A stretch of DNA of 64,000 nt from IMG/VR virus record IMGVR_UViG_3300027708_000026, positions 64,001-128,000 of that record. One strand, 5' to 3'. Of the stretch, positions 21,083 to 31,224 are shown one piece after another; position 1 is the stretch's first letter, and each line of letters starts with the position of its first letter. Position numbers and translations under genes: made by a program. The notes beneath the pieces are model-generated. The model saw nothing but the letters and a program-made list of their open reading frames with translations. It was not told where the DNA came from and did not search any database. Source of the DNA: a virus.

Positions 21083-24000
21083 ATGTCATTCCCAGTAAAC
21101 CCAACCAGTGGACAGATCGCTGTAGTTAATAATATTGTATATTCTTATAACTCTTCAGGTACCGGTTATTGGACTAGAGTAGCAGCAAATACCAGTACAC
21201 TTGCGATCACTGTTGCATCTTTAAACATTGCAAATACATCTAGCAGCACGTCAACTACAACCGGAGCATTGATAGTTTCTGGCGGCGTGGGCATTGGTGG
21301 CGCCGTTTATATCGGAACATCTTCTTATATTGCTGGCGCACAGATCATTACCACTGCTACCATTGGATTGTATGCTGCGGCATCCTCAGCCAGTACTGGT
21401 ACAACTAGCACATTCACTATTTTAAGTACAGCAAATAGTTTTAGTACCACTACAGGCGCATTGCAGGTGCGTGGCGGTGCAGGCATTGGCGGTAACTTAT
21501 ATGTCGGCGGAGCACTAAATGTTGTTGGAGTCAGCACATTAACTGGCAATTTATACACGTCAATCATTTATGATATTGCTGATACAAATTACCAAACATA
21601 TCTATGGCCCACTGATACCAGTAAAATAGTCGGACTTTCAGCCAGGGGATCTGAGGTGGGCACCGGAAATGACACGCAGATTGGTTCTATATCAGTAACT
21701 CGAGGAGCAATTACTGCCGCGAATACTGCAACATTCTATGGGTTGTATAATAGGTCACTCAGTTATGCCGCAGGTATTGGTATAGATTTCAACGGCAATT
21801 TATGGTTTGGTAAAGTATCTGGTGGCGGTTCTGCATCCACTAGACAAAGCAATTTATTTTATAGTGATAATTCCGGCAACGTATATGCAGGCAATTCTTT
21901 TAGATCAAATGTATTTTATGCCAACAACACTGCATACTTTTTAGATTTTGCCACCACTGCTACTAAACATACTATACTATCAAATGCAGTCAGCACTGAT
22001 TTGATTGGCTACGATCCTGCTATAGGAGTTTACATTGGCGGCACTGACAATAGGTACCTAACCAATGGTACGACATCGTCTGGCGGTCCACTATGGGTGA
22101 TGACCGGCACCACTTATAATCTAATACATTCAGGAAATATTTCACAATATGCAGGAGCTTCAAGTACTACAACATTTACTAACCCTGTAATAATTAGATT
22201 AAACACTGTTGATACCATTGGCTCTACAGCTTCTACTCATTTAACATTAATTAACCCCAATACCGGCGCTGCCAGTTCTGGAATTTATTGGAGATTTGCC
22301 AATCAGTCTGAGATACGTGCTAGCCTGCGTGTGAATGACTCTGGCGATATTATACATAATTCTTTGAGCGGGAATTATAGATTCCAGCAAGATTCTGGTT
22401 CAAGTGCAACTAATTTTTTAAATTCTACAACATCATTTATGAGCGTCGATGGCGCAGGAAATGTATCGTTCCCTAAAAATATCACTGCTGCAAAATTAAT
22501 CGACTACGATGATAATACATATTATCTAGATCCTAACTCTACTTCAACTATCAATCAGTTAACAATGAAAGGATTGTTTACAGCCACTGTTGTAGGCACA
22601 GCTAATACCTGGACTGATGTAGTTCTTGCCACTTCAAATCAAGGCGGAACATATATCACTGCCAATAGACCAACTGTAGCCACTGGGGATGTGGGATATA
22701 AATGGTCAACTGGAAACTCTGCAATTTGGACCAATTACATACCAGCAAACGATGCGTATACATTGACATGGGGATTGCTCGGCGTCAAACAGTTCACTAT
22801 GAATAGTGCTGGCAACATGTCAACACAGGTTCAAGGAGCAGCAATAGGGTCTCCTCAATTTTATGATGCCAACAATTCCAGTTACTATATAAAACCTTCG
22901 GGATATTCATACTTAAACTCTTTAAACTTAGGCGGCTTGATCACCGGAATTAGCACAGGTACGGGCATACGTGTATTCAACAACGGTTCAAATAGTTTCA
23001 CCAGCACGGTATTCTGGGGAGTCCCAACGTTAAATTATTATTGGAACTGGCAAACCGACGCCGGCGGCAATGCAGCGTTATGGGGTTATCCATTTAACAA
23101 TACTTCTACAAGAGTATTAACAGTAACTCCATCAGGCAATTGGGGATTCAATCAATCGACATTACCTGGTGATGTTGACATGATCGGCGGTATATCAGTC
23201 ACTGGTACTGGAACTACGCAAGTCAGTGTTATGAAAGGTTCGACGTCCGGATTCTCATTGAGAGTTTCAGATACAGTCTTTGGTGATTTTTCACTTTATG
23301 ATAAGGCCCAGGGTAGTTGGAAATTGGCAATCAATGCGGCCAGGGGATCGGTTGGTGTTAATGCCACTGCCAATGCCGCATATGGATTGAATGTCGGCGG
23401 TGATATTAACATCGGCGGCAACATTTATCAAAACGGATCTGCCCTTACCAACAATGTCAACACTGGCACATTTTCTGCAAATCAATATGCATGGTATGGA
23501 ACTACTGGTGCAGGTGTTAGTCTTACACAAAATAATACATTTGAGACCAGTGCTATTTTTGGTGCGGATCATGTATTGGGTAGCGGATCTTTATATGATT
23601 TATTAGCATGGAATCCACCGAACACCACTGAATATTATAATTTTAATGGATTTACATTTGCATGGATCTCTGATGCAACAGATGTTAAACCTCTGTTCAA
23701 CGGACAAAACTCTCAGATATCAGTCAGTAATAACTATACGCTTACCGGCGCAACTAAACAAGGTGTTAGATTTACTTGGAGTACCTTTAGTAATAGATTC
23801 TGGGATGCATTATTGATCACTGGAAATACCGCAGGTGTAGCCTTAGATGTAACTATAGAAAGTTCTAATGACGGCGGGACAACCATCGTTACTCATGTTA
23901 GTCGAGCATCTATCGGATCTACAGCAGTAAATGGTATGCACTACTTGAGAAATCAAGCAACCAATGCTAGTACTGGACAATGGTTTAGATTGACCATTAG

Positions 24001-26959
24001 AGAAACAACTGCTGTCACGGCTAGTGTTAATTTATACAACATAAGTCTTCTAGGAACTAAAGGCGCTGCTAACAGATTACTCAACTGGGATAATCAAAGA
24101 AATATAACTACCTACGGTAATTTAACAACCAATGTAGTTTATGATACAAATAATACTAGTTATTATCTCTCTCCTTCCAAGACTTCTAATCTGTTTACTG
24201 CAACACTGGCAGGTGACTTACTGACACAGGGACAGGGTAGATTTACTGGCTGGCAAAATAATGTCGCCACTGCCACTAGAACTGCTGGATTAGGCGTTGA
24301 AGTGGGAGTTAATGCAGGTGCTGCATCGATATCAGCGTACAATAGAACTTCTGGGTTATATGACACACTGGGGATTTACGGAAGTCCGATCAAAATAATT
24401 CCCCAAACAACTGCTTCAGTATATATTGGCGGAACATGGTACGATAACGATGATCCTAGATATTATGTTAAACCTGCCACCGGCACCGTAATCACCAATT
24501 TGAAAGCATTTGGATTGGTACAGGTTGTCAATACGGGCGGCAGCAGTTATAATGAGAATATTAGACTACCTAGGGCAGCCGATGGTATTGCCATGGTTTC
24601 GATGGCCACCGATCTTTCTGGAACTGGAAATATTTTAGGCCAATGGAATATTGTTGTACAACCGACTACTGGCGGTGTTAATCAAGGTCAATTTAGCATA
24701 CTCAACGGAAGTACAGCGTCATTCAGCATTGCCACTGCAACCAGCACAGCAACATTTGCGGCCAATGTGTATGCTCCAAAATATCTACAGGTAGGTGCAG
24801 ATCAAACCTTTTTTATACAACAGGGACAAACATCCTATTTAAATGCACTACAGGTTGGTCCAATTGGCGGGTTGTTTGATGTATTGACAAAAGGTCCGTT
24901 GGATGATTACGCAAATACATTCACGTATGTGCATACTTCCTTAGGGGGAATTGGTGACCCTTTAAGAGATTTCAACACCGCAACATTGAGCTATGCATCT
25001 TATTCGGGATCTTTTTACGCAAATGCCAATACACCGGCATCGACTAATAACTGGTATACACTGTATCAAGCTGCCCATCGCGGAGGATCAGCTCCTAATG
25101 GTCCAGATTATAGTAGTCAAATCGCACTGCCAATGACCAGTGCGGATGCTCGTGATTATACTAGAATGTTTTTTAGGGTAAAAAATAATACCTCTTGGAA
25201 ATCTTGGGCAGAAGTTTTTACTGTGGGCGCAACAAATCAGTCACAGGGATATACAATATACGCTCAAACGCTTTATGATTATGCCGATACTCGTTACAGT
25301 ATATCCCCTAGTGGAACGTCGACGCTGTTAAATCTAAAGACTTATGGGTCTATCTCTGGATACCTATCAGGTACACCTACCGCTGCTAGTTCTGGCGTCG
25401 TAGGCCCTCCCGATACTCGCGTGCCTGCACTACCTAGATTGGGATCTGCTGAATGGATATTCCCTAGCACTACAGATGCCAATATTGGAACAAGTATAGG
25501 TGATTCTGGGTTGCCGGCCGGAAATAGAACCGTATATAGAGAGGGCTTATATACTTGGAAAAGTGCAACTAGTGCATTGGGTCCCACTGGATCGACCACT
25601 CCGTACTATGCAGCAGTTGGATTTGGCGCCGGCAGTAATGGTGCAGCAGAAATTGCAGCGTATCTGATATCCGGCGGTGCAGCCAACGATCAAGCAGTTG
25701 GACTACACTTTAGGACCTTGCGTGATAATGGTGCTGCTCCTTGGTCCAAGTGGACACAAATATTAAATTCGACCACGCACGTATACGCAGCCAATTTAAA
25801 TCAAAATTTAAGAACCACTGACAGCCCAACATTTAGTAGCATAACATTAACCAATACTCCAACATTTAACCAAATAAAAGCTGGTTCTTACTGGATCACC
25901 GGTGGCGACAATAATCAAGCCAAGTTCATAATGCCATGGAATGGCAATAATCAAGGCGGCATTGGTCCTTACTATGCTCCGGCCAACCCTCCAATAACAA
26001 CTAGTCCTAGCGATCTTCAGAGTTTTAGATTTGATGAAGTATCATTATCTGGAACTTCACCTACTTATCAATCAGCATATCAAGGCAGTACAGCAGTTTG
26101 TATATATTTAGGCGCTAAAAAGATATTTGGCTCGTCCGGTGCCGCCGCCTGGCACGATACTGTAACTGGACTGAATGATTCCAATTTCCTCCTCAGCCTC
26201 ATAGCCTCCGGTGTTACTAGACTCGGTGCAGCAGAATTTAAAAACGGTATCACACTAACTGGCGATAATATAACCGCAAATCAAAGCGGCCGACTTAATC
26301 TCACACCGGGTCGCGGTATATTTGATGCGAGCTACTCATTTAATAAATCGACTGTAAACGTATCTTCATTCGGTACTGTTGCAACTTTTGGACCTGGTTT
26401 ATTTGGTTGGGATGGGTACGTAATTGGCGGAAATGCTTCTGCATATGATGCATCTTTTATTAAGCAAAGTACAGGTCCAGAATTTGCTCTACGCGGCGGC
26501 GGTAGCCATTGGGCGATATATGCAAATGGTGCGGATGCCGGCGGCATAAGACGGATATCTTTGAATTCTGATACTGGAGGATTGATAAATGGTTCCTATT
26601 CAGTATCTGTTGGAGGAACACTCTATTGTACGCAGAACATATACGCTTACTCAGATAGGCGTAAAAAAACTAATATTGCCACTATTGACAACGCCTTGGG
26701 TAAAGTGCTGCAACTTAGGGGAGTCTACTATAATAGAATTGACCCTGAACCTGAAGACATTGGTCGAAGAGATATAGGGGTTATCGCACAGGAAGTATTA
26801 GAAGTATTGCCAGAAGCTGTAAAACATTCTGAGCACACTGATGAATACAGCGTTAACTACGGTAATATGGCAGGAATTTTCATCGAGGCTATAAAAGATC
26901 TTAAGAAAGAACTTGATGAATTAAAAGCAGAATTAAATATGCTCAAGGGCAATAAATAA
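21083..26959 (+). CDS. Long tail fibre with C-terminal intramolecular chaperone (Peptidase S74-like)
   Basis: Repeated YD..N..YY..P...S.L motifs; C-terminal YSDRRKKTNI...GVIAQEV...VNYG followed by a coiled coil; TAAATA 21055-21060 plus SD. Confidence 0.85.
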   Translation: MSFPVNPTSGQIAVVNNIVYSYNSSGTGYWTRVAANTSTLAITVASLNIANTSSSTSTTTGALIVSGGVGIGGAVYIGTSSYIAGAQIITTATIGLYAAASSASTGTTSTFTILSTANSFSTTTGALQVRGGAGIGGNLYVGGALNVVGVSTLTGNLYTSIIYDIADTNYQTYLWPTDTSKIVGLSARGSEVGTGNDTQIGSISVTRGAITAANTATFYGLYNRSLSYAAGIGIDFNGNLWFGKVSGGGSASTRQSNLFYSDNSGNVYAGNSFRSNVFYANNTAYFLDFATTATKHTILSNAVSTDLIGYDPAIGVYIGGTDNRYLTNGTTSSGGPLWVMTGTTYNLIHSGNISQYAGASSTTTFTNPVIIRLNTVDTIGSTASTHLTLINPNTGAASSGIYWRFANQSEIRASLRVNDSGDIIHNSLSGNYRFQQDSGSSATNFLNSTTSFMSVDGAGNVSFPKNITAAKLIDYDDNTYYLDPNSTSTINQLTMKGLFTATVVGTANTWTDVVLATSNQGGTYITANRPTVATGDVGYKWSTGNSAIWTNYIPANDAYTLTWGLLGVKQFTMNSAGNMSTQVQGAAIGSPQFYDANNSSYYIKPSGYSYLNSLNLGGLITGISTGTGIRVFNNGSNSFTSTVFWGVPTLNYYWNWQTDAGGNAALWGYPFNNTSTRVLTVTPSGNWGFNQSTLPGDVDMIGGISVTGTGTTQVSVMKGSTSGFSLRVSDTVFGDFSLYDKAQGSWKLAINAARGSVGVNATANAAYGLNVGGDINIGGNIYQNGSALTNNVNTGTFSANQYAWYGTTGAGVSLTQNNTFETSAIFGADHVLGSGSLYDLLAWNPPNTTEYYNFNGFTFAWISDATDVKPLFNGQNSQISVSNNYTLTGATKQGVRFTWSTFSNRFWDALLITGNTAGVALDVTIESSNDGGTTIVTHVSRASIGSTAVNGMHYLRNQATNASTGQWFRLTIRETTAVTASVNLYNISLLGTKGAANRLLNWDNQRNITTYGNLTTNVVYDTNNTSYYLSPSKTSNLFTATLAGDLLTQGQGRFTGWQNNVATATRTAGLGVEVGVNAGAASISAYNRTSGLYDTLGIYGSPIKIIPQTTASVYIGGTWYDNDDPRYYVKPATGTVITNLKAFGLVQVVNTGGSSYNENIRLPRAADGIAMVSMATDLSGTGNILGQWNIVVQPTTGGVNQGQFSILNGSTASFSIATATSTATFAANVYAPKYLQVGADQTFFIQQGQTSYLNALQVGPIGGLFDVLTKGPLDDYANTFTYVHTSLGGIGDPLRDFNTATLSYASYSGSFYANANTPASTNNWYTLYQAAHRGGSAPNGPDYSSQIALPMTSADARDYTRMFFRVKNNTSWKSWAEVFTVGATNQSQGYTIYAQTLYDYADTRYSISPSGTSTLLNLKTYGSISGYLSGTPTAASSGVVGPPDTRVPALPRLGSAEWIFPSTTDANIGTSIGDSGLPAGNRTVYREGLYTWKSATSALGPTGSTTPYYAAVGFGAGSNGAAEIAAYLISGGAANDQAVGLHFRTLRDNGAAPWSKWTQILNSTTHVYAANLNQNLRTTDSPTFSSITLTNTPTFNQIKAGSYWITGGDNNQAKFIMPWNGNNQGGIGPYYAPANPPITTSPSDLQSFRFDEVSLSGTSPTYQSAYQGSTAVCIYLGAKKIFGSSGAAAWHDTVTGLNDSNFLLSLIASGVTRLGAAEFKNGITLTGDNITANQSGRLNLTPGRGIFDASYSFNKSTVNVSSFGTVATFGPGLFGWDGYVIGGNASAYDASFIKQSTGPEFALRGGGSHWAIYANGADAGGIRRISLNSDTGGLINGSYSVSVGGTLYCTQNIYAYSDRRKKTNIATIDNALGKVLQLRGVYYNRIDPEPEDIGRRDIGVIAQEVLEVLPEAVKHSEHTDEYSVNYGNMAGIFIEAIKDLKKELDELKAELNMLKGNK

Positions 26960-26975
26960 AGTTAGGAGAATAACA

Positions 26976-27371
26976 ATGTCAACATCCATTCCAGAACGAG
27001 TAGGAGTAGTCTATACAGACGGCACACCTACTGAGATTACATTTACTTGGAGAATCAAAAGCCTTAGTACCAAGAAAGAAGGCAGTTATAATAATGCGGT
27101 GGTGCAAACCTACTGGAATGTCATCGGCACAGATAGTCAAAATAAAACGGGGATATTTGATGGGGCAACACCATTTACTACATCGGGACAATCTGGATTC
27201 ATCGAATTTGCAGATTTACAAGAAGCTGATGTATTAGGTTGGATCAAGGACCAAGTGGTTGGTTCGTATGCTGATCATATTATGGAGCAAATACATCAGA
27301 AGCTTGATGCTCAGTATAATAGCATTTCTGATGCTGCTCTGCCATGGGCGCCCCCGGCTGAAACTGTCTAA
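26976..27371 (+). CDS. Putative tail-fibre-associated small protein/chaperone
   Basis: Follows the fibre gene; FTWRIKSL...FIEFADLQEADVLGWIK...LPW pattern; SD AGGAG. Confidence 0.55.
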   Translation: MSTSIPERVGVVYTDGTPTEITFTWRIKSLSTKKEGSYNNAVVQTYWNVIGTDSQNKTGIFDGATPFTTSGQSGFIEFADLQEADVLGWIKDQVVGSYADHIMEQIHQKLDAQYNSISDAALPWAPPAETV

Positions 27372-27823
27372 TTAGTTTTAAAAATATCTAATAAAACTTC
27401 TAATTTAGCCTTGACGACTTTATTGTTAAGGCTATTTTTTACGCCCTGATGAAGTGGTTTGGGCCAGCAGTCATAATTACACCATGCGTATCCGCTATGT
27501 TCAAAATTTAATACAGGGATAAACTCTTTTTCCACGATTAGAACATAGGTATTGTACTGGAAATTATTGTCATTGGATATAAAGAGTTCTAGGGGAATGA
27601 CCTTTTTTATTTTAGGTGTAGCACCAACTTCTTCCTGAATTTCTCGATACAGTGAATCTACTACAGTAGTATCAGTGGGTTCTTTTTTGCCGCCCACTAG
27701 TCCCCAAGTGCCTAAAGTTTTTTCGTGTGTACGCATCAGCAGTAAAAATCTGCGGGTATCTTCGGCTAAAAATAATCCGCCACTGCAAATGATTTGATTT
27801 ATAGGACTAAACGCCATGACCAA
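27368..27823 (-). CDS. Nudix hydrolase
   Basis: Nudix box WGLVGGKKE...REIQEEVG plus LNFEHSGYAW; exact start uncertain. Confidence 0.9.
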   Translation of the reverse strand: MVMAFSPINQIICSGGLFLAEDTRRFLLLMRTHEKTLGTWGLVGGKKEPTDTTVVDSLYREIQEEVGATPKIKKVIPLELFISNDNNFQYNTYVLIVEKEFIPVLNFEHSGYAWCNYDCWPKPLHQGVKNSLNNKVVKAKLEVLLDIFKTN

Positions 27824-29184
27824 TTACTATACAATCCTTCAAAACTCTTACTCCAATTTCCGTTATCCCACTTATACTGGATACCTGTATATGAATTAGT
27901 TATGTAGGTTGTTGTGTCAACTGATGAAGAACTGAATATTACAGACCAATCAGTTCCGTTGTATTCAATAATATCGTTAGCATAAGCAATGAAGTCAGTA
28001 CCGGTACTATTTTTCCAAGCAGTAGGCCCACTGTAGTTGGGTAATGCATGATCCGGATTTATGTCTTCCAATATTAGATATCTTGTGCCGCTGACTTTAC
28101 CAGATGGATTGAATGTGTCTGGGTTAATGATAGCATCAACCGTGCCACGGCCATTAATTACATCATTGCCGGGAATAGTATCAACATCGAAGGTCAACAT
28201 CATTTGCGTTTCGTTGTTTGGGTCAAGTCTCATAAATGCGACGATTTCATTACCGTTAGGTGTAGTTAACCGTAACTGGCTTAATCCGGCAGTGAATTTT
28301 CCTGGATATCTATCTAAAATAGCCAACCAAGATACTGGTGGTTGATTGACATCATCCCCCTGTGACTCATACGATAACGCTTCTAACTTTGCAACACCGT
28401 TCAATACCAGCAAATTAAAGTTATTAAGAGTGACCACTACTTCAGTAGTTGGCTCAGTAAATATTTGGGCAGCATATCCAGATTTTAAATCATCGAGAGC
28501 AGTGTCAGTAGTGATGGGTAAAAACACATTAGTGATAATTTTAGTGATCACATTCATCTGTTTGACCTTGGCCGGCGGTGTGATCCAAACTGGAGCCTCA
28601 AATATTAGGCTGGCAATTTCCAAGTTTTCATCCATGCCTTGCGGAACAGTCCTAGTACTCCACTGACCCTGATCTGTCAGCGACAGCATACTTAAACTGG
28701 TCCAGTCGATATAGTTGTCAGTAGTCTGTAGATCTAAAGCAGGATTAAAAATATAAGCAATCTGTTCTACTATCTGAAATTTTTGATCGCTGTTCATGGT
28801 CCATATATCTGCAGAGAATGTTATTTTATATGGACTAGGCATGATACGCTCTACAGTATAATTGCCGCCCTGTGTATTAAGTAAATTTCCGTTGGCATCA
28901 ACATCGCGTTCTCTTATCTGAACCTTACTGACAAAAGTAGGATCTTGTAATCTAGAACGATCGTATCTAAAATCTTTTATATAACAGGCAATAAATGGTG
29001 CAGACGATAGGACATTTTCGCTGCCTTTCTTCAATATTTGTGCAGTCTGTCTACTGAGATCTCCGTACCTAACTGGAATTTGTATTAAGTTTCCCTTGCC
29101 GTCCTTGTAGCTAAAGTTACTCATGACTCGTATAAACTGAGTCACGTACCTTCTTATTTGACCGTCGTAAAAATAATCACTCAT
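27799..29184 (-). CDS. gp15: Tail terminator/sheath stabiliser (T4 gp15-like) with C-terminal extension
   Basis: YFYDGQIRRY, IPVRYGD, PSPYKITF and QIVEQIAYIFNP motifs; adjacent to gp14 and gp13. Confidence 0.75.
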   Translation of the reverse strand: MSDYFYDGQIRRYVTQFIRVMSNFSYKDGKGNLIQIPVRYGDLSRQTAQILKKGSENVLSSAPFIACYIKDFRYDRSRLQDPTFVSKVQIRERDVDANGNLLNTQGGNYTVERIMPSPYKITFSADIWTMNSDQKFQIVEQIAYIFNPALDLQTTDNYIDWTSLSMLSLTDQGQWSTRTVPQGMDENLEIASLIFEAPVWITPPAKVKQMNVITKIITNVFLPITTDTALDDLKSGYAAQIFTEPTTEVVVTLNNFNLLVLNGVAKLEALSYESQGDDVNQPPVSWLAILDRYPGKFTAGLSQLRLTTPNGNEIVAFMRLDPNNETQMMLTFDVDTIPGNDVINGRGTVDAIINPDTFNPSGKVSGTRYLILEDINPDHALPNYSGPTAWKNSTGTDFIAYANDIIEYNGTDWSVIFSSSSVDTTTYITNSYTGIQYKWDNGNWSKSFEGLYSNWSWRLVL

Positions 29185-29185
29185 A

Positions 29186-30400
29186 TTAGTTGTCCGCGTT
29201 GGGTTTTAAGGCTTTGCTCAATGCTTGGCGTTCATTTATAATCTTACCGCCCACTGTTGATGTTGTATTATTGTTAATGAAGCCAGTTTTTTGAGTTTTT
29301 CTAACCTGGGCACCCATTGTTATTGCAGCATAGTCATTAGCACCGGTGTTATCCATGGTCATCCTAACATTTTGTTCAAACATTTTCCAGTGTGTGCCTT
29401 CATATCTGAATAGTCTATTAGGCAAGTAGTCAGTACGCAAATAAAACTGTCCGTTCAAAGGGCTTGGTGGAAACGTAATACCTTGACTGAACGGAGAACC
29501 ATTTGCAGGTATCCCGTCACCAGTTAGATAGCCTACATATAAATCTCTAGAAGGACTTTGTAATACAATACTGGCATCGAATGTGGCATTGTCAATGCTA
29601 ACATCCATTCTATCATCAGATACATCAGCAATATTCATCAGCCCGTCATCTTTTAAAGGTAACACATAATATCCTGTGGTATCATATCCGCTTTTTGGTG
29701 CATCCAGCTCTGCCTGTGCGATGACCTGATTATTAATCTCAATACTTTTAGAATAGGTACTGAGTAAATCTCTGAGTGTGCTTCCATCTCCGTTACCGCT
29801 ATCAACATCTAGAATCTCTGCAAATTCTTGGCTATCAACTAGTGGTGAACATTTTGCTTTTAATAAATGAGGATACCAAGTAGGGCTAAATCCCGCTGCC
29901 GGCCTAGTTACTTCCTGTACTACATAAAATCTTTTTAGAGCTGTAATATTATTCTGATCTAATCCATAGTCATCTTGCAAGTGTGGCAACTCCAACACAT
30001 CTCCAGCCATGAGTTTTCGACTGAGTGCATCAACACTAGTTTTTATATGGAAATGCATCATGATATTATCGTTATTCAGCATTATGCCAAACTGTGTGAG
30101 ATTGAAATCTAAATCCTGCATGGTATAAATTCCACGAATTATGTACACATCGGGATCATATTTCCTATCTCGATTCTCCATCAATAATACATCTTGGATA
30201 CCTAATTCTGGAACAGTATTTCCGCTAGTATTAGGTTGAGCAGGTGAGGCTTCTCCCCCAACTTCGTCTGGGCTAACTGGACCTAAATATTTGTGGACAT
30301 ATATATCAGTGCCGCCAACTTGGAATTGTTCACCGATTATTCTATCTATGAATTTAAAATCATTGCCCTTTTCGGGTTTGTATAAACTGAGTCTTGGCAT
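29186..30400 (-). CDS. gp14: Neck protein (T4 gp14-like, head closure)
   Basis: LTQFGIML and AGDVLELPHL motifs; synteny with gp13 and gp15. Confidence 0.65.
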   Translation of the reverse strand: MPRLSLYKPEKGNDFKFIDRIIGEQFQVGGTDIYVHKYLGPVSPDEVGGEASPAQPNTSGNTVPELGIQDVLLMENRDRKYDPDVYIIRGIYTMQDLDFNLTQFGIMLNNDNIMMHFHIKTSVDALSRKLMAGDVLELPHLQDDYGLDQNNITALKRFYVVQEVTRPAAGFSPTWYPHLLKAKCSPLVDSQEFAEILDVDSGNGDGSTLRDLLSTYSKSIEINNQVIAQAELDAPKSGYDTTGYYVLPLKDDGLMNIADVSDDRMDVSIDNATFDASIVLQSPSRDLYVGYLTGDGIPANGSPFSQGITFPPSPLNGQFYLRTDYLPNRLFRYEGTHWKMFEQNVRMTMDNTGANDYAAITMGAQVRKTQKTGFINNNTTSTVGGKIINERQALSKALKPNADN

Positions 30401-30408
30401 AGTACTTG

Positions 30409-30422
30409 TATTTAACTAAATA
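30409..30422. promoter_or_regulatory. Back-to-back divergent late-promoter pair TATTTA-AC-TAAATA
   Basis: Two inverted TAAATA hexamers within the 27-bp gap between the divergent gp14 and gp13 genes. Confidence 0.7.
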
Positions 30423-30427
30423 ATCGT

Positions 30428-31186
30428 ATGACTGATACCGAAACCGCCCGACAAATAATCGTAGAATATGTTAAAACCATGCTAGGGTCTGGCATGATTG
30501 ACGTGGAATTAGACCCAGTTCATTACAATGTTGCTATTGATAAGTCACTAGCAAAATATCGCCAACGCAGTAGCAATGCTGTAGAGGAAAGTTTTGGATT
30601 TTTGACCCTAAACACCGATAATAATGAATATGTAATGCCCAAAGAAGTTGTCGAAGTTAGACAGCTATTTCGCAGAAGCATTGGCAGCAGAACTGGTGGG
30701 GGAGACGGCGGCAGTTTGTTCGAGCCATTTAACCTAGCCTATAGTAATACATATTTGTTAGCTTCTACTAATATGGGCGGCCTTGCAACTTATTATGCAT
30801 TTGCCAGCTATCAAAAACAAGTCGGAAAAATGTTTGGCGGTGAGATCAATTTCACTTACAATAAAACCAGTAAAGTATTGAATATAATGCAACGCCCTAG
30901 AGCGGGTGAAGAAGTGCTAGTTTGGATGTACAACTATCGTCCAGATTTTAATCTGTTGGATGATATGTATGCCGGACAGTGGATCAAAGATTATGCTTTG
31001 GCCAATGCTAAGGTAATCCTAGGCGAAGCAAGGGAGAAATTTGGGACTATTGCTAGCCCACAAGGCGGAACACAGTTAAATGGCACCACCTTGAAAACCG
31101 AAGGCAAAGCTGAAATGGAAATTTTAGAGCAAGATCTAATCAATTACAAAGAGGGCGGAACACCGCTAACCTGGGTAACTGGATAA
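30428..31186 (+). CDS. gp13: Neck protein (T4 gp13-like head-tail adaptor)
   Basis: LGSGMIDVELD, WIKDYALANAK, REKF...PQGGTQLNG and terminal PLTWVTG motifs. Confidence 0.85.
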   Translation: MTDTETARQIIVEYVKTMLGSGMIDVELDPVHYNVAIDKSLAKYRQRSSNAVEESFGFLTLNTDNNEYVMPKEVVEVRQLFRRSIGSRTGGGDGGSLFEPFNLAYSNTYLLASTNMGGLATYYAFASYQKQVGKMFGGEINFTYNKTSKVLNIMQRPRAGEEVLVWMYNYRPDFNLLDDMYAGQWIKDYALANAKVILGEAREKFGTIASPQGGTQLNGTTLKTEGKAEMEILEQDLINYKEGGTPLTWVTG

Positions 31187-31189
31187 AGG

Positions 31190-31218
31190 TTGACTTACAG
31201 GCAAAGATCCTGTAGACT
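31190..31218 (+). promoter_or_regulatory. Sigma70-like promoter
   Basis: TTGACT-17 bp-TAGACT, with the ATG 6 nt downstream. Confidence 0.55.
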
Positions 31219-31224
31219 TTATCT

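Noticed and set aside
13935-21367. Diversity-generating retroelement template/variable repeat pair
   Set aside because: Differences between repeat copies are not adenine-specific, and there is no reverse transcriptase in the window.
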